64,000 bases of DNA from the human T2T-CHM13v2.0 reference genome, Homo sapiens: the NCBI RefSeq assembly GCF_009914755.1, contig NC_060926.1; one strand, given 5' to 3'. Below the pieces are notes generated by a model that saw only the letters and a program-made list of their open reading frames with translations, had not been told where the DNA came from and searched no databases. Made by a program: the position numbers and the translations under genes. Of this stretch, positions 1 through 14,810 are shown in pieces (the stretch's first letter is position 1; every line of letters begins with the position of its first letter).

Positions 1-176
1 TTGAACATCAGCCTCCACCCCCCGCCGCTTAGAGGGGGTCTTCAGGCTCTGCTTGAGCCCCCTCCCTGTCCTGCAGCCTAGAGGTAACCATGGGCCTCTC
101 TTCTTTTGATTCTTATCTCAAGGACTGCTGTCCTCTGTTGCCTGATGTCCAATGTCTTAAAAACTACTGTTTCTTT

Positions 177-485
<309 letters not shown>

Positions 486-865
486 TTAGTTTTTTAGTTT
501 TTTTTTTTTTTTTTTTTTTTGGTTTTTAGTTGCTTAAGGCAGGAAGGTAAACCTGCTGCTGCCCCTCATGAAATCTTGGCCAGAAGCAGAATCCTATCTA
601 CAAGTTTAGGCAGTTGAGATTTATCCTGAAGGTCATGGAAACACTGAAGCAAGCATCTCAGTCCCTCAGCTCAAGGCTGTGTGGCTGGGTCCTAATAGAA
701 CAATTCTTTCTCCCTAGTGCACACCTGTGGTTTACTGGACATTCCACCCATGCGGGCAACTGCACAACTAGGATTCTAAGGGCAAACTTTTGCTTGTAGC
801 TTGCAGAAGTGGCCATTCGACCATAGACCATGCAATGGAGAGACTGATTAGGGATAACACAAGGC

Positions 866-1225
866 TGTGTGAAAGACTGAACGTTTGTGGCCCCCTGAAA
901 TTCATACATTAAAACCTAATCGCCAGTGTGATAGTATTTGGAGGTGGGACCTTTGGGCAATGATCAGGTCATGAGGAATCTGCTCTCACGAATGGGACTC
1001 GTGTTTTTATCAAATAGGCCCCAGAGAGCTCCTTTGCCCCTTCCACCACGTGGGGCCGCAGTGAGAAGGCGCTGTCCATGAACCAGGAAGTGGGTTCGCA
1101 GACAGGAACTGCTGGTGCCTTGATTTGGACTTCTCAGCCCCCAGAACTGTGAGCAATATCTGTCTGTTGTTTCTAAGCCACGCAGTCTATAGCATTTTGT
1201 CCTAGGAGCCTGAATGGAGTGACAC
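866..1225 (+). mobile_element. MaLR solo LTR, MLT1A-like
   Basis: Matches recalled MLT1A motifs: GACTGAACGTTTGTG...AAATTCATACATTAAAACCTAATC...TTTGGAGGTGGGACCTTTGGG...CCAGAACTGTGAGCAATA...TAAGCCACGCAGTCTATAGCATTTTG. Confidence 0.8.
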
Positions 1226-1372
1226 AACTGGTGGTAGAGGCTTCTGGCTGTCCTTGAATTTATGAAAAGGAATAGATAACAACATGAGCTTTAAGACCCC
1301 TGCAAAAACCGAAGTATAATCCTCCCCTAAAAGTTGGGGGCCTCTGCCTCCCCCAGCCTGAGGTGACCTTGA

Positions 1373-1760
<388 letters not shown>

Positions 1761-1971
1761 TAATATATTTCAAAACTAGAGTGATGGACTTCTCTTCCTC
1801 AGAGGTGGACGTGACTGTCCTGACACAGCCACATTGCACTTAGAGTTCTAGGAGGTAACTCGTATTTTCTTGATTATTTGCTTGTTAGAATGTAAACCTG
1901 ACACATAGTAGTTGTTCAAGAATATTTGTTGAATGAATTAGTGTTGCTCAAAGCTAGGTTTTTAATGAACC

Positions 1972-2398
1972 GGTATGGTTTGGCTCTGTGTCCCCACCCA
2001 AATCTCATGTAGAATTGTAATTCCCAGTGCTGGAGGTGTGGCCTGGTGAGAGGTGATTGGGTCACAGGGGCGGTTTCTCATGAATTAGCACCATCTCCTT
2101 GGTGCTGTTCTCGTGAAGCAGAGTGAGTTCTCATGAGACTGGCTGTTTCAAAGCGTGTGGCACCTTCTCCTCTCTCTCTCTATCTCTCTCATTGCTGTGG
2201 CCACATGATTGCCTGCCTGCTCCCCCTTCGCCTGCCTGCTCCCCCTTCGCCTTTCCCCACGAGTGTCAGTTTCCTGAGGCCTCCCTTGCTATGCTTTCTG
2301 TACAGCCTGCAGAGCTGTGAGCCCATTAAACCTCTTTTCCTGATAAATCACCTGGTCTCAAGTATTTCTTTACAGCAATATGAGAACAGACGAATATA
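1972..2398 (+). mobile_element. MaLR solo LTR, MSTA/MSTB-like
   Basis: GGTATGGTTTGGCTCTGTGTCCCCACCCAAATCTCATG...TGTACAGCCTGCAGAGCTGTGAGCCCATTAAACCTCTTTTC...CAAGTATTTCTTTACAGCAATATGAGAACAGAC. Confidence 0.88.
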
Positions 2399-3707
2399 TG
2401 ATTGGTTTACGAATATTTGGTTTTGATGGAGGTGGGCATTAGTGACACTTGCATTTATTGCCATTTGCATTTTCATTTCTGTGATTTCTGGGGGGACTTG
2501 CTGTTCTGCTGGTGCACCTGCTAAGAAGTACACAGTTACTCTGCTTGGACACTGAGGTGCACTGATGGTTCTTTGCCCTGAAAGATATTTAAACCAAGCG
2601 ATCAACAGTGAGCTGATGGGCATGAGATCTCTTGGTTTCGTGCTTATGAAGGGCCAAGGCTCTTTGTGATTTTTCTACCCAGCTGCTTCCAGATCACACC
2701 CATGCTTCGTCAGCTATGCCCATGCTGGCTGCAGGGAGATGTGGCTGAGAACCCTGGCTGTTCTCTCCTGTTTCAGACTTGCCATTCCTTGTACCTTGGC
2801 ACTGGGAGTGGGGGTGGGGGGACTCACATATGCATCAGGCTCCTCCTGACAGAAGATGGTCTCCATCAGACAGTCCCGCAGCCCCTACAGGGCGACCTCC
2901 GGTGCTGGGCCCGAGACCTTTCAGAAAACATGACCCATTCCTTCATGCATCCAACAATTGAGATCCCGCGTGTCAGGCACAGTTCTTGTGCCGAGGGCCA
3001 TCCCCCAACACAGGACCTGGAGGCAGAATGGGCTCTTCTTCCAGGCTACAGGGAGGGCTCTGTCCAGGCCCTTGCCTTCCCCGCAGCCCTCCTCAGGCAT
3101 GGGGGCTCTGGCCCTCAGCCATCTTTGGATTGAACAGAACCCATTTCCTCCTATCCTGCCTGGTAGATGAAATTTCACGCTCTTGAGATTTCAATTTCGG
3201 GGTCCCGGGGTGGGGGTGGTGTTTAAGAACGACATTCGCATGTCACAGTGTACAAAGCATTTTACCCCCATGATCTCATTTAATCTTCATAGCAGCTGGT
3301 GGAGGAAGCACCTCCTCTCCTTTCACAGGGTGGCAGATGGAAGGCCAGAGACCTTGCTCTTTGCTCACCGTCTCCTGGCCAGGAAGTCTTAGAGTTGGGC
3401 CTTAACCCCTTTTCTTGGACTCCAAGACCCAGGTTCTTACTGTGGCATGACAGCTGCCAGGATCTGACGTCCGTCCGGGATGGCTTGCCCTACAAGTTGC
3501 TGGAGAGCTCTTTGCATCTGCCGAGTTTCTGAAGGGTAGACCCTTCTGTATCCTGCTGTGAAGGTCTCTGGATCTCAGCGTTCTTGTGGGAATTGATTCA
3601 CTTCTTTCAGAGCATGAGGGCCACACCTGTGTTTGGAGCACACCCCTGAAAACAAAGAGTAGCTTCTCCTTCCGAGGGCACAGAGCCCAGGGTGCCGCAG
3701 GCATCAT

Positions 3708-3830
3708 TCAAGGTCAAGGAAGATAGAGCAGTGTGCTTCATCCCAGTGACCTGCTCTTGAAGGGAAAAGGTGCACTGCCAGGTGGGGTGTGACGTCACCA
3801 ACCTTTTTATCGCCCCCCTCCCCCGCCCCG
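3708..3830. promoter_or_regulatory. Candidate cis-regulatory cluster: NR5A/ERR site, full CRE, GATA-like site, GC box
   Basis: TCAAGGTCA at 3708-3716, TGACGTCA at 3790-3797, TTTTATCG (GATAAAA on -) at ~3804-3812, and CCCCTCCCCCGCCCC at ~3815-3829. Evidence is motif-level only. Confidence 0.35.
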
Positions 3831-5044
3831 TGGCCACCCGCCGCTGCCCCCGTGTGACAGGTATGGCAGACACCGTTCCCATCTTACCAGTGAGAGGAGG
3901 CTCAGGCTCACTGACTCCTGAAAGTTAAGTCACCCGGGATCTAAGCCCAGGTCCTCCAACCCCAACTCCAGCAAGCTGCCTCCCTCCGGTTATTCAGGGG
4001 GCTCTGGGCGGACGGGAGGGACTTTCTTGTCAGGGGTCCTTCATTTCTCTCTCCTGCTGCACGGCCCTTCTGCAGGACGGCTCCTCCCTCGGGCCTCTCC
4101 TCCTCTTTCCTTCCCTCCCATGCATCTCCATAGCAGGTGGATTTCCATGGGGCAGTCCTGAGTGTTGCTGAGCTGCGGGGCCCAGAGCATGTGGACATTG
4201 TGGGGCCACGGTTGGGGTTGCTCCCTGCCCTCCTGCCAAGGTCCCACCCACCCAGCCAGCCCCATCCAGAGGGTGTGGCTCCTATGAGAGCTGGGGCCTC
4301 CGGCCACAGCCACTGCCCACGCTCCTACCTGAGGAAGGGACGTGCACTGTCTTCCCTGCTCCCCCAGCCCGGATTCAGACCCAAAGTACCAGATGCGGGG
4401 CTGAACACATGGACACAAGTGTGTTTTCATGACTGGATAAGCTGCTGACCTGGTTCTCCCCACTGACAGTAGCCCAGACCTGTCTGGAGCCCGGGAGGCC
4501 CCTCAGGGCCACAGTTTCCAACCCCTGCCCTTCTCCCTGCTCATTCTGCACACCCACTTGTGCCCCTACCTCTTCCAAGACGCCCAGGAAGTGCACCTGC
4601 CTCCTCCCTGTGCCTTGCGGAGCCCCCTCCTGGAGATTCTCCCCACCCTGGTGCCGTGATTCCCTCTTTGTGCCACTCTGACCAGATACTGCATGTTCGC
4701 TGGGTTCTCGTCTGCCCTCCACCCTAGAATAAGCTCTAGGGGGTTGGGGCTCTGTCTGCAGGAGATGGAATTTTGCCCTGCATGTGGCAGGCGCTTATGA
4801 GCATTTGTCGAGTGAATGAAAGAATGAAAGGGGGCACTGGGCTGGGGCTTGGGATGCCTTGGTTCTGGGTCCAGCAGGCATGGACAGGCCTGCGGCCGGT
4901 GGGTGCCCTTGTTCCGCCCCCTGTCATAACAGCATTTGCAGCCATGATCAGGGCGTGCTTTCTGAGAGATGGCACACTGGCTCAGCTCAGTGGATTCTTC
5001 CAGAAACATCATGGTACGGCACTACTGTCCCCATTTTTCTAGGA

Positions 5045-5070
5045 GGGGAGGGTGGGGCTGGGCTGGGGGG
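5045..5070 (+). other. Putative G-quadruplex motif
   Basis: GGGGAGGGTGGGGCTGGGCTGGGGGG has five G-runs of 3 or more with 1-2 nt loops. Confidence 0.6.
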
Positions 5071-6059
5071 TAGTGAGTGGTAGGGACAGTCTTACCTGTG
5101 CACCCAGGGAACCAGAAGCCTGCACTGATGTATGGATGGGGCTGCCAAGGTGAAAAGGATTCTGAGCCATGGGATCTTCGTGGCAAGATGCCCTCTGGCC
5201 CTGGTGATGGAGGCAGGTGGGAAGGTGGCCATGGGATTGTGGGGTGGGTGGGTGGCATTTTTTCCCTAGAAAAGCCTGGAGTCTCTGGTGCAGACACTGG
5301 GGAGCCCCAGCCATCTTCGTGGTGTTCATGAGGCCGAGCTGAGGCTGGTCCGGGAACCCGACTCTGGCAGGGAGTGTGGCGTGCAGGCTGTGAACTGAGG
5401 AGTGCAACCCCATGGATAGGGAAGGAAGCTGGGCCCAGCAGAGGCAGAAATTCAGCCGTAGGAGGCCCCACACCAGCCTTGGCCTCACAGGAGCTGGGGC
5501 TAGAGTGACCCCCCAGGGCTGGGCTGAGTTGGGCTGAGGTGCCTGGGCCTTTACACCCCTCATTGGCCAGGCGTTGGATTTGGGGGGCCCAGGAGGATGT
5601 GCCCTTGGGTGAGGCCACTCTCTGCAGCGGAGACCACCCCTGCAGCACCAGTGATGCCACATGCAGTCCCAGAAGGGTGTCTGGTCAGCCCATCCCAGTG
5701 CTCACCATCACAGCTGGCAGACAGCCAAGGTCACACAGAGGTGGGTGACACCACGGGTGGGCGGTGTGAACTTCTGATTTGGAACAAGACACCCTCTCCC
5801 CACCCTGATAGGAACGTTCCCCAAAAATCCCCACAAGGAGGGGAGGCTCCGCACTGTCCTGAGGCCTCCAGAGGGGCTGCCCGCCGACCCTGCCCCACTT
5901 TGCTTTCATTTCCCCTCCTACTCTGGGGGCTATGGAGACCCAGGCCCATTGGGGAATGATGGGAGCACTCCGAGACTTGCAAACCCAGCATCTGCATGGC
6001 TGTTCCTCCAGATTCAAGTCCTCATCCCAGGGCCCTACGTTCAGGGCTATGTCCATCGG

Positions 6060-6402
6060 CGTGCCCCAGGGGAACAGGACAGAAACAGAACCGTGAATGG
6101 TGGGGCTGGTGAGTGTGAACTCCGTCGAGCGGGTTGGCAGCCTGGAAACTCAGATAAGGGTGGATTCAGCTTTGAGGCAGAGTTGCTTCTTCTCTGGGAA
6201 GCCTGTCTTTCTGCCCAAGGGCTTCTGCTGATGGGACGAGGCCCACACACGTCATGGGGGAGCTTCTGCTTTACATAAAATCAGCGGTCTGTAAGTGTCA
6301 ATCGTATCTAAAAATTACCTTCACAGCAGCATCTGGTGTTGGTGGGCAACCAACAACTGGGCACCACGGCCTGGCCAAGTTGGCATACAAAACTAGCCAT
6401 CA
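6060..6402. mobile_element. MLT2 (ERVL) LTR relic
   Basis: ACAGAAACAGAACC near the start. The end, AAAATTACCTTCACAGCAGCATCTGG...CAACAACTGGGCACCACGGCCTGGCCAAGTTGGCATACAAAACTAGCCATCA, resembles an MLT2 terminus. Confidence 0.7.
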
Positions 6403-6469
6403 TGGGGCTAACGGAGTTTAGACAATGACCCTGCCAGTTAACAGAGCAGATTTTCCCCAGGAGGCTGGG

Positions 6470-6472
6470 GGA

Positions 6473-6507
<35 letters not shown>

Positions 6508-6508
6508 T
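6470..6508 (+). repeat. (GA)n microsatellite
   Basis: GAGAGA run with one C interruption. Confidence 0.95.
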
Positions 6509-9500
6509 TGAGTGACATGCAAGGAGAGGGTGTCCCATCCAAGGAGACGGTTGTGCATTGGTGTCTTTGGCCCCAAGGGAAGCGTCAGCCCGACCCCTGT
6601 CCCATAGCTGCGCTTATCTGTGCAGTGGGGCAAACCTCCTGCTTCACAGCTGTCCCAGGCCCGGGTCTCATTCCCTGTACCCCAGGGCACCAGGCCCCAG
6701 CTCTACGGTCAGGATGGTGAGGGCCATGACCCAGGCACTTGGGGCAATCACTGCTGATTCCAGCAAACACCAGAGTCTTCTTTGTGGCCTGGTGCCTCGG
6801 GAGCACACCCCCGCAGTCCCACCATCCTGCAGGACGCTGCGGGACGCTGCGGGACCAGCATGCTAGCTCGGAGGACTAAGGACGCGCAGGACTCCTGTCT
6901 CACATTTGGGGCAGCGGGTGGGTGCCTCGAAACTTGAGAAACTGTTACTGCAGCTCTGAAAATGGTTGTGGCTTCATGTAAATTCCCCATCATGCCTCTA
7001 CCTTCACAACAAAGTGCTTTGGGCTGGACTGGTGAGCCCCAGCTTCCAGGCGATTGGACAGTTCTGGGTGAAGTCTCCCGGGGGTCACCCTGGGGAGGCA
7101 ACTGGGCCCAGCAGTCACTGTCACACCGTCAGCTAGGAGGTGGCCAGTGGAGACAGCTATTCACCTCAGCTCTTACCACTGGAACTGGGTCCTTCTCTGT
7201 GCGTTTTGGGAATGGAAAGCTATCTGCCATGTGCAGGAAGGATGTGGAGTGAAAATCTGGGTGAACGTCAAAAGCCATCCATGCACAGAACTCGGGGCCC
7301 TGCAGCGGGCCTGGGGCCTGGGGCCGGGGCATGAGGCCTCCTTGCTGGGTAGACCCTTGTCTAACTCACGCAGAGCTTCTTTCGTTTTTCACTCATGGTG
7401 AGCGAGTCTCCTGGTGTCGGTGTGGTCCCCAGGAAGGCGACGCCCACTGCTCCATGCTGACCCCTGAGCTCCTGCCATGGGGCACTTTCCAGAAGTTTGA
7501 TGAAGGACTTCAAATGAGGGGTGGGCAGCTCCTCCAGGTGGGGCCTGGACAGTCTGGACCTCGCTTGCCAGTGGGCAGCTTCTCTTCCCGGCAAGAGAGG
7601 CAGAAACAGAAGGAGACACCTCTCTGAGCTTGGGGCCAGAGCCTACCAAAAAGGGGTCAGGGGATGTCCCCCTACCTCCACAAAGCTGAGGGGCTGATCC
7701 ATTTTAGTAACTGTTCCTGAGCGACTACTGGGAGAGTCAGTGCAGGCACCCCCAGCAGGCGCCCTGAGCTGGAAGGGTGGGGTGCCCAGAGTGCTGAGCT
7801 GTGTCACCCTGGGCCACAGACACACCCAGCGCATGTGCCCTAGGACCCCGCTTCGAAGGCCTGTTGCTGTGTGCGTTTGCGTGTGCTCAGGGGATCCCAT
7901 AGACTCTCAATTCCTTCTCAGTTCTACCTTTTGCTGAAGTCTAGACTTCAGCCATGTCCTGTGCTTCCCCAGCCCCGGACAAGGGCAGGCAGGTTCTGGG
8001 AAGCAGTGCAGGCAGCTGGCAGCTGGCAGCTAGACCTAATGTGCACCGGCTGAGCCAGAATGCTACCCTCTCCTGGGGTGGCTGTCGGGCTCAAGCACAG
8101 AAGGCGAAAGCCACACAGGCTGGCCCGCCGCCAGCTCTGGTGTTCTTTCCATGAGGTGCTTCTGAAGCCCTGATCACTATGGCTCTGTTTGTTTTTTCCT
8201 GCCTTCCATTTGCAGCAATCTTGAAAAAGCATCTCAAGACAGTGTCAGGAGTTTATGTCTTGTTGTTCAGCATCTGACATCTTTTAAGGGAATAATCAGG
8301 ACCCATCTACGTGGGAGGAGGGATCGATCCCGCTCTGGCCCATGCTGCCTGTCTTGCTGTCAGGAGGAAAGATGTATGATGGTTTTATTTAAGATGCTGC
8401 TTCCTCAAGGGCCCCCGGAGATAGGCATCTCGTCTGTGTTATGCTAAATCTTTAAGAGCTTCTGACTGTAATCTATGCTGTGAGGATTCTCATCAGCTGG
8501 GCTCAGGCACTTCATCCCCTTTTAGAAGGGAAGGCCAGAGGCGGCTGGCGGCTCCTTGAACGGTGCTGCTTGCATTTACCATGTTGGTCTTGGGGGTGGC
8601 ACAGATGGAAAGGAGGACCACAGTGAAAACACACCTGGGCTGGGGGAGGGGCCGCTCCTTCATTACAGAGGCTCCTGACCTCTCTGGCAGCGCCCGGTGG
8701 CCTCGGGTGCTTGGACATGAACCAAGGTCCGGGCTCTGTACCCCAGGCCCATTGCGGTGAGGAGGACCAGCCGTCACCTGGAAGGGCCCATGAAGGTGCT
8801 GGGGCTGCAGGGAGGTTCTGGGCCCATCTGAGATGATCCGGAAAGAACCAGGGCCTCCTCCGAATGTTCGAGGGGTTAAGGAAAGAGTCCGGGGCACGTG
8901 TCTGGGGTGCTGGACATCATATCTGTGCAAGTGCACCTCCTCCCAGCTCCTGATTGTGCCTCGATCCCCAGCAGTTTCTGAAAATGGTGGTGGGCAGGCG
9001 GGAGAGCCAGCCTGGGGCAGCCGTGGAGGCATTTACATCCGCTGGGCGGGCCCTCCTGCTTCAAGGCTCGAAGCTTTGGTCACCTGGTCCCATACTTTGG
9101 ACTTCTGGAAAGAGAACGGAGGCATGGAGGGGCCAGAAGACCACAGACTCCACCTGGGCTGCTGGAGGGAACTGCCCCTGGCCCCACCTGACATGCTCAG
9201 AAGCCCCAACTGTGCTGGAACCCCTGCTCACTGCACTTCCGGGTCCCTGCTCCCCAGGCCCCACCTGGGCCTCTGCCTGTCCTTGTTTCCTGGAGTCTCC
9301 CTCACCTTCCATCTGATGCGCGTCTGCACCCCGAGGGCACCATCTAGCCATGCTCTTGCAGGCTGCTCCCACAGCAGCCACGCCTCCTTCCCCTTCCTGC
9401 AGATTTGATGGATGTTTTAATCCCAATCTTGAAGCTACTTCAAATAATTTTGGGAATAAAGCAGTCAAATTGGCCTCCATTCCAGGGATAGCACGACTTT

Positions 9501-12500
9501 GCATTCATTAAACACACTTCACCCCTCACTGGATGGGAGGGATTGGTTTGCTGAGTTGGGTGTGAGGCTCTGTGCCTGATCTCCTCTGGCTGGGCAGCTG
9601 GGAAGGGGTGGCCTAGAGCTGCTCTCTCCTCCTGCTGCAGCCACTGGGGACCAGCTGTTCGCATCTCTCTCTGCTCAAGGCACCTTTACGGGCCATGGGG
9701 TTGCCACTGAGGAGCGGAGACACAGTTCCTCGTGAGCTGTGGACCATGAAGTGTGGGACGACCAGCCCAGCGCTCTCCTGACAGTGAAAAGGGCACACGG
9801 ACAGAGTTGTCCCAGGAGAACCAGCAGCAAGACCAGCCTGTGGGGCCCCGCGGACAGCCCATGGGTCCAGGCCTGGGGACGCGTCTTCGGAGGGTGGGGT
9901 AGCCCTGAGAAGTACACATGTTTGCTTCAAAGGGCCAACGTGGCTGCCCACCCGCTTGCCCGCCCGCCTGCCCTCTTTTCTTTTCTCAGAGCGTGGAGAT
10001 TTAACGTTGAGTCCTTTCTTCCCCACCCAGCCCTCAGCAGGGATGTCTGTCCACAGGGACCCTGGAGGGTGTGTTGCGTTGTCCTGGGAGCCAAGGACCA
10101 GGTGCCGCGCTGTGGCTTGCCTGCGGGGAGGGAACAGTTGCCTGTCCGGTGCAGAGCTGGTGCGAGGCGTGCAGGGCTTGCTGTGTTTGGGCGGCAGCAG
10201 TTACTGAATCAGGCTGGGCCCAGTGTACTCAGGGCTGGCGCCCAGGACATGGCTGTCCCTGCATCTTGGGACCCATTCCCTCTCTTCCTGCGACAGGCCC
10301 CTGTGATTCTGGAATCCACCACCTCCCTGCAGCATTTCCCCTCCCCACCTGTCTCTTGGCTCCTGGCCCCTCCCGCCTCCAGCCCCGTGAAGTTGCCGCA
10401 TGTCACGAGTTCCCAAGATCAGGTTGATGTTGCCCTCCTTCCTAAGTCAGAGGCAAATCCCGTGCCTGGCATGTGGGGCAGATGTGGGCCAAGAAGGTCT
10501 GGGTCTGAGAGGTGCAGGTGCATGCCTGCCGCATGGATGAGCAGTAAGGAGTGACTCCCATGCCCTCTCGCTCAGGGTCTCCAGTGATTAGAAGACTTGG
10601 GGGCAAGAATGGGTGACCCAGAACATTTCTGAGTTGACCAAAGCATGCTGTCTTGGGGGTTCTCCCGTAATATTTTTCTGCCCACTGAACTTTTCAGAGG
10701 GAAACGCTGGCTCACGCTCCTGCTTAGGGAGTTGAGATTCTAGTCTGCCCATGAGAGCTGCCTCAAAGTAAAGCCAGTGGGTTGATTGCTCTCAAAAGTC
10801 ACAACTGGGCTGTGTAGGAATAAGTACTGGGCCCCTGCACCGCCTCAAACCAGGATACACCCTGGTTGGATAACCTTGCCCCTTTCTGTGGCTGTGTAGA
10901 GAGTACATGTCCCTGGCTAGCTGAGGGACGGGGCTGGGGCCAGCGACAGCTCCTAGGAGCATGTGATCATGGGAGGGGCAGTTCACAAAGGGCGGTGTGT
11001 GATTTCCCCACAGCAGGACTTATCAGTACCTCTGAGAGGCTAACATACACGGCCGCCCTTGCAGGAGAGGTGGAGCTTGCAGATTTCATGCAGCAGTTTT
11101 GCTGTGAAAACATTTGTCAAGAGGCAATTTGTGGACTAGTGCTCCATGGAACCCAGTTTGGCAAAGGCTGCTCCACAGCCCAGTCAGCACACAGCTGCTG
11201 CAGAGAAAGCTGAAACCCAACTAGGACAAAGGGCGTGATAAGGAGCATGGCATCCAGCTGCCTTGGGCTGTGACACCAAACCTTGCTTGTCTCGGGGGCC
11301 TGTGAGGTCTACCCCTTCCCCAGCCTGCACCCCACTTGTTGCAGCGGCCTCACTGGCTGGTCTTCCAGCTCCTTGAGGTCCCTCCCAGCCATGAGCCACT
11401 GTACAGCATCTTCCTGCCTTCCCCGTCTGAGCCCGGTCACCCTAATGTCCTCCATTACGTCTCCTTCCATGATGCATGCTCGTGGAGACCAGGCCCCCAG
11501 TGCAGCCCCCATCAAGGTCCACACGAGCTCACTGATGGCTGTGTGATGCACTGTCTGCTCCATGTCTGTCTGCCGCATATACCTGTCAGCTCCTGGAGGC
11601 AGGAACCGCATCCCTTGACTCCCTGGCACTGCCTGGGATCTGGGAGAAACCCACAAACATTTGTAAGACACGTGAATGAGTGCCACTGCCTTTGGATGGT
11701 GATGTGTGACACATGACACGTCACCACTGGTCACGTGTCAGCATGGGGGCCCACGAGGAGGTGCATCGCATGGCCCACAGCATTGCTGACCACTGACCCA
11801 GCCAGTTGGAGTGACCGTGAGTCTAACTGGGCAGGCAACAGAAATGCATCGAGGGTCCCTGTGCCGGGCCTGGGAGCTCCAGCCACTGGCACCTTCGGGG
11901 ATGCGGCAGACCAGCAGGGCTGGGGGCCACCTTCTCGAATTTGTCTGCTTCTGTGGGCAATTGATTTCAGTGGATCGCTATGGAATGACCCAGACAGCAC
12001 ATAATTCTGTTGTGATGATTTAAACTGTGCAGGGGCAGGAATGGAAAACCCAGGTGTGTTGGGGTCAGCTGATAGGGGCTCTTGAGGGCTGACCCAGACC
12101 ACCCAGGGTGGAACCCGCCAGGGCCACGAGGGTGCAGTGGGGAGGGGTAGGACCTTCCCAAGCTTGCCCTGGTGTGGCTATGAGAGGCATTCGAGATGCA
12201 TTGAGTGATGATTTGCCCAGCAGCCGCACCCTGAGGTTCTTCATCCCTCATGCCCTAATGGGCCAGGAGAGAAGCCACTTTGCTGTGAGCTGCCATGGTG
12301 ATAGGGCTTGCTGTAGCCCTGGTCCACCCAAGGCTGGCCATCAAGATGGCCCCCTGTGTTGACACCCTACCAAACTGGCCTTGGGACCGTGGGCATGAGG
12401 GATGCCACGTGCTAAGCCCCATGCCCAGCCCTCTGGGGTCTGGAGCAGGAGCCCTGAGCTGACGCCTGGCCCTGCAGCAGGACCCCAGGCCCCCTCCTTC

Positions 12501-13344
12501 CCCCTCTGAACGGGGAAGATGTTCCTAGAGAGGTCAGGACTGGGGGATCAGTCCTGAAGACAATGCCCAGATGTTTCCTTGGCTTCTGGTTAGAAGGAAG
12601 CTGCGGCGCGGAGGAGTAATTTCCACACTGGGTGCTGTGCGGCCAGCTCCTGTGCCCTCCTCCTCACTACCACCCCAGGTGGTGGGTGCAGACGCTGAGT
12701 CCTGGGGTGTAGGGATCAAAGGAGCTGCCCAAGGTCGCAGAGCGGGCAGTAGGGGTGCCATGGACATGGTGGTGGTGGGGGAGGGTGTTTCAGCCCTGTC
12801 TACCTGATCCCAAACCATTCTTTTCCTTTTCCAGAAGCAGAATGAGGTTGGACCTGTGTTAGGGGCATGGAGGCCAGCCTGGGAAAAGGCTGCGCTGCAG
12901 ATAACCCCCTGCCCACCCCCAGCCCTGATTGCATCACGCCTCTGACTCAGCCCAGGGTTTATGGCCCAGAAAAAATTAGCTGGTTTCTCCTCCAGCCACA
13001 TGCAATTAATTTATGCTTAAATTAGCAAGGCTGTTTACTGAGACCTGCAGAATGTCCAAAAACCTTTTTATAGCTGAGAAGGTTTAATATTTTGTAAAAT
13101 CATGTGATCACAGGGTTTCAAAGTTATTTCATGAAAAGTGTGAGTCAGAAACTCCAAACTTGTTAAACTGGTGAATTCTAAACCTGGTAAGACACTTTCT
13201 GTATCTTTTAAGTGTGAGAAACCGGCAACCTACCCCACCCCCTAATTACTTGGTTGCATTGAAACTGAAGTGGTTCAAATGGAAATTCAGCCATTCAAAT
13301 TCTGCCCAGATCTAGGTATAATTTTTCTTTTTTTTTTTTTTTAG

Positions 13345-13638
<294 letters not shown>

Positions 13639-13644
13639 CGCTAT

Positions 13645-14650
<1,006 letters not shown>

Positions 14651-14654
14651 CTTT

Positions 14655-14810
14655 TTTTCACTTTAATTTTAGGTTTGGGAGTACATGTGAAGGTTTGCTG
14701 AATAGGTAAACTCATGTCATGGGGGTTTAATTGTGAAGATTATTTCATCAGCCAGTGTTCATTCTAGTGCCCAATAGTTCTATTTCCTGCTCCTCTCCCT
14801 CCTCTCAGGT
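14655..14810 (-). mobile_element. L1PA/PB 3'-terminal fragment
   Basis: CTTTAATTTTAGGTTTGGGAGTACATGTGAAGGTTTG...ATAGGTAAACTCATGTCATGGGGGTTT...CTAGTGCCCAATAGTT. Confidence 0.75.

Noticed and set aside
9739-10554. 271-aa ORF and other 150-210 aa ORFs in GC-rich segments (5022-5662, 8833-9408, 56399-57040)
   Set aside because: No recognisable domain, mostly non-ATG starts, overlapping frames on both strands, and Pro/Gly/Arg/Ser-rich composition typical of non-coding GC-rich DNA. Small true exons cannot be excluded by eye.
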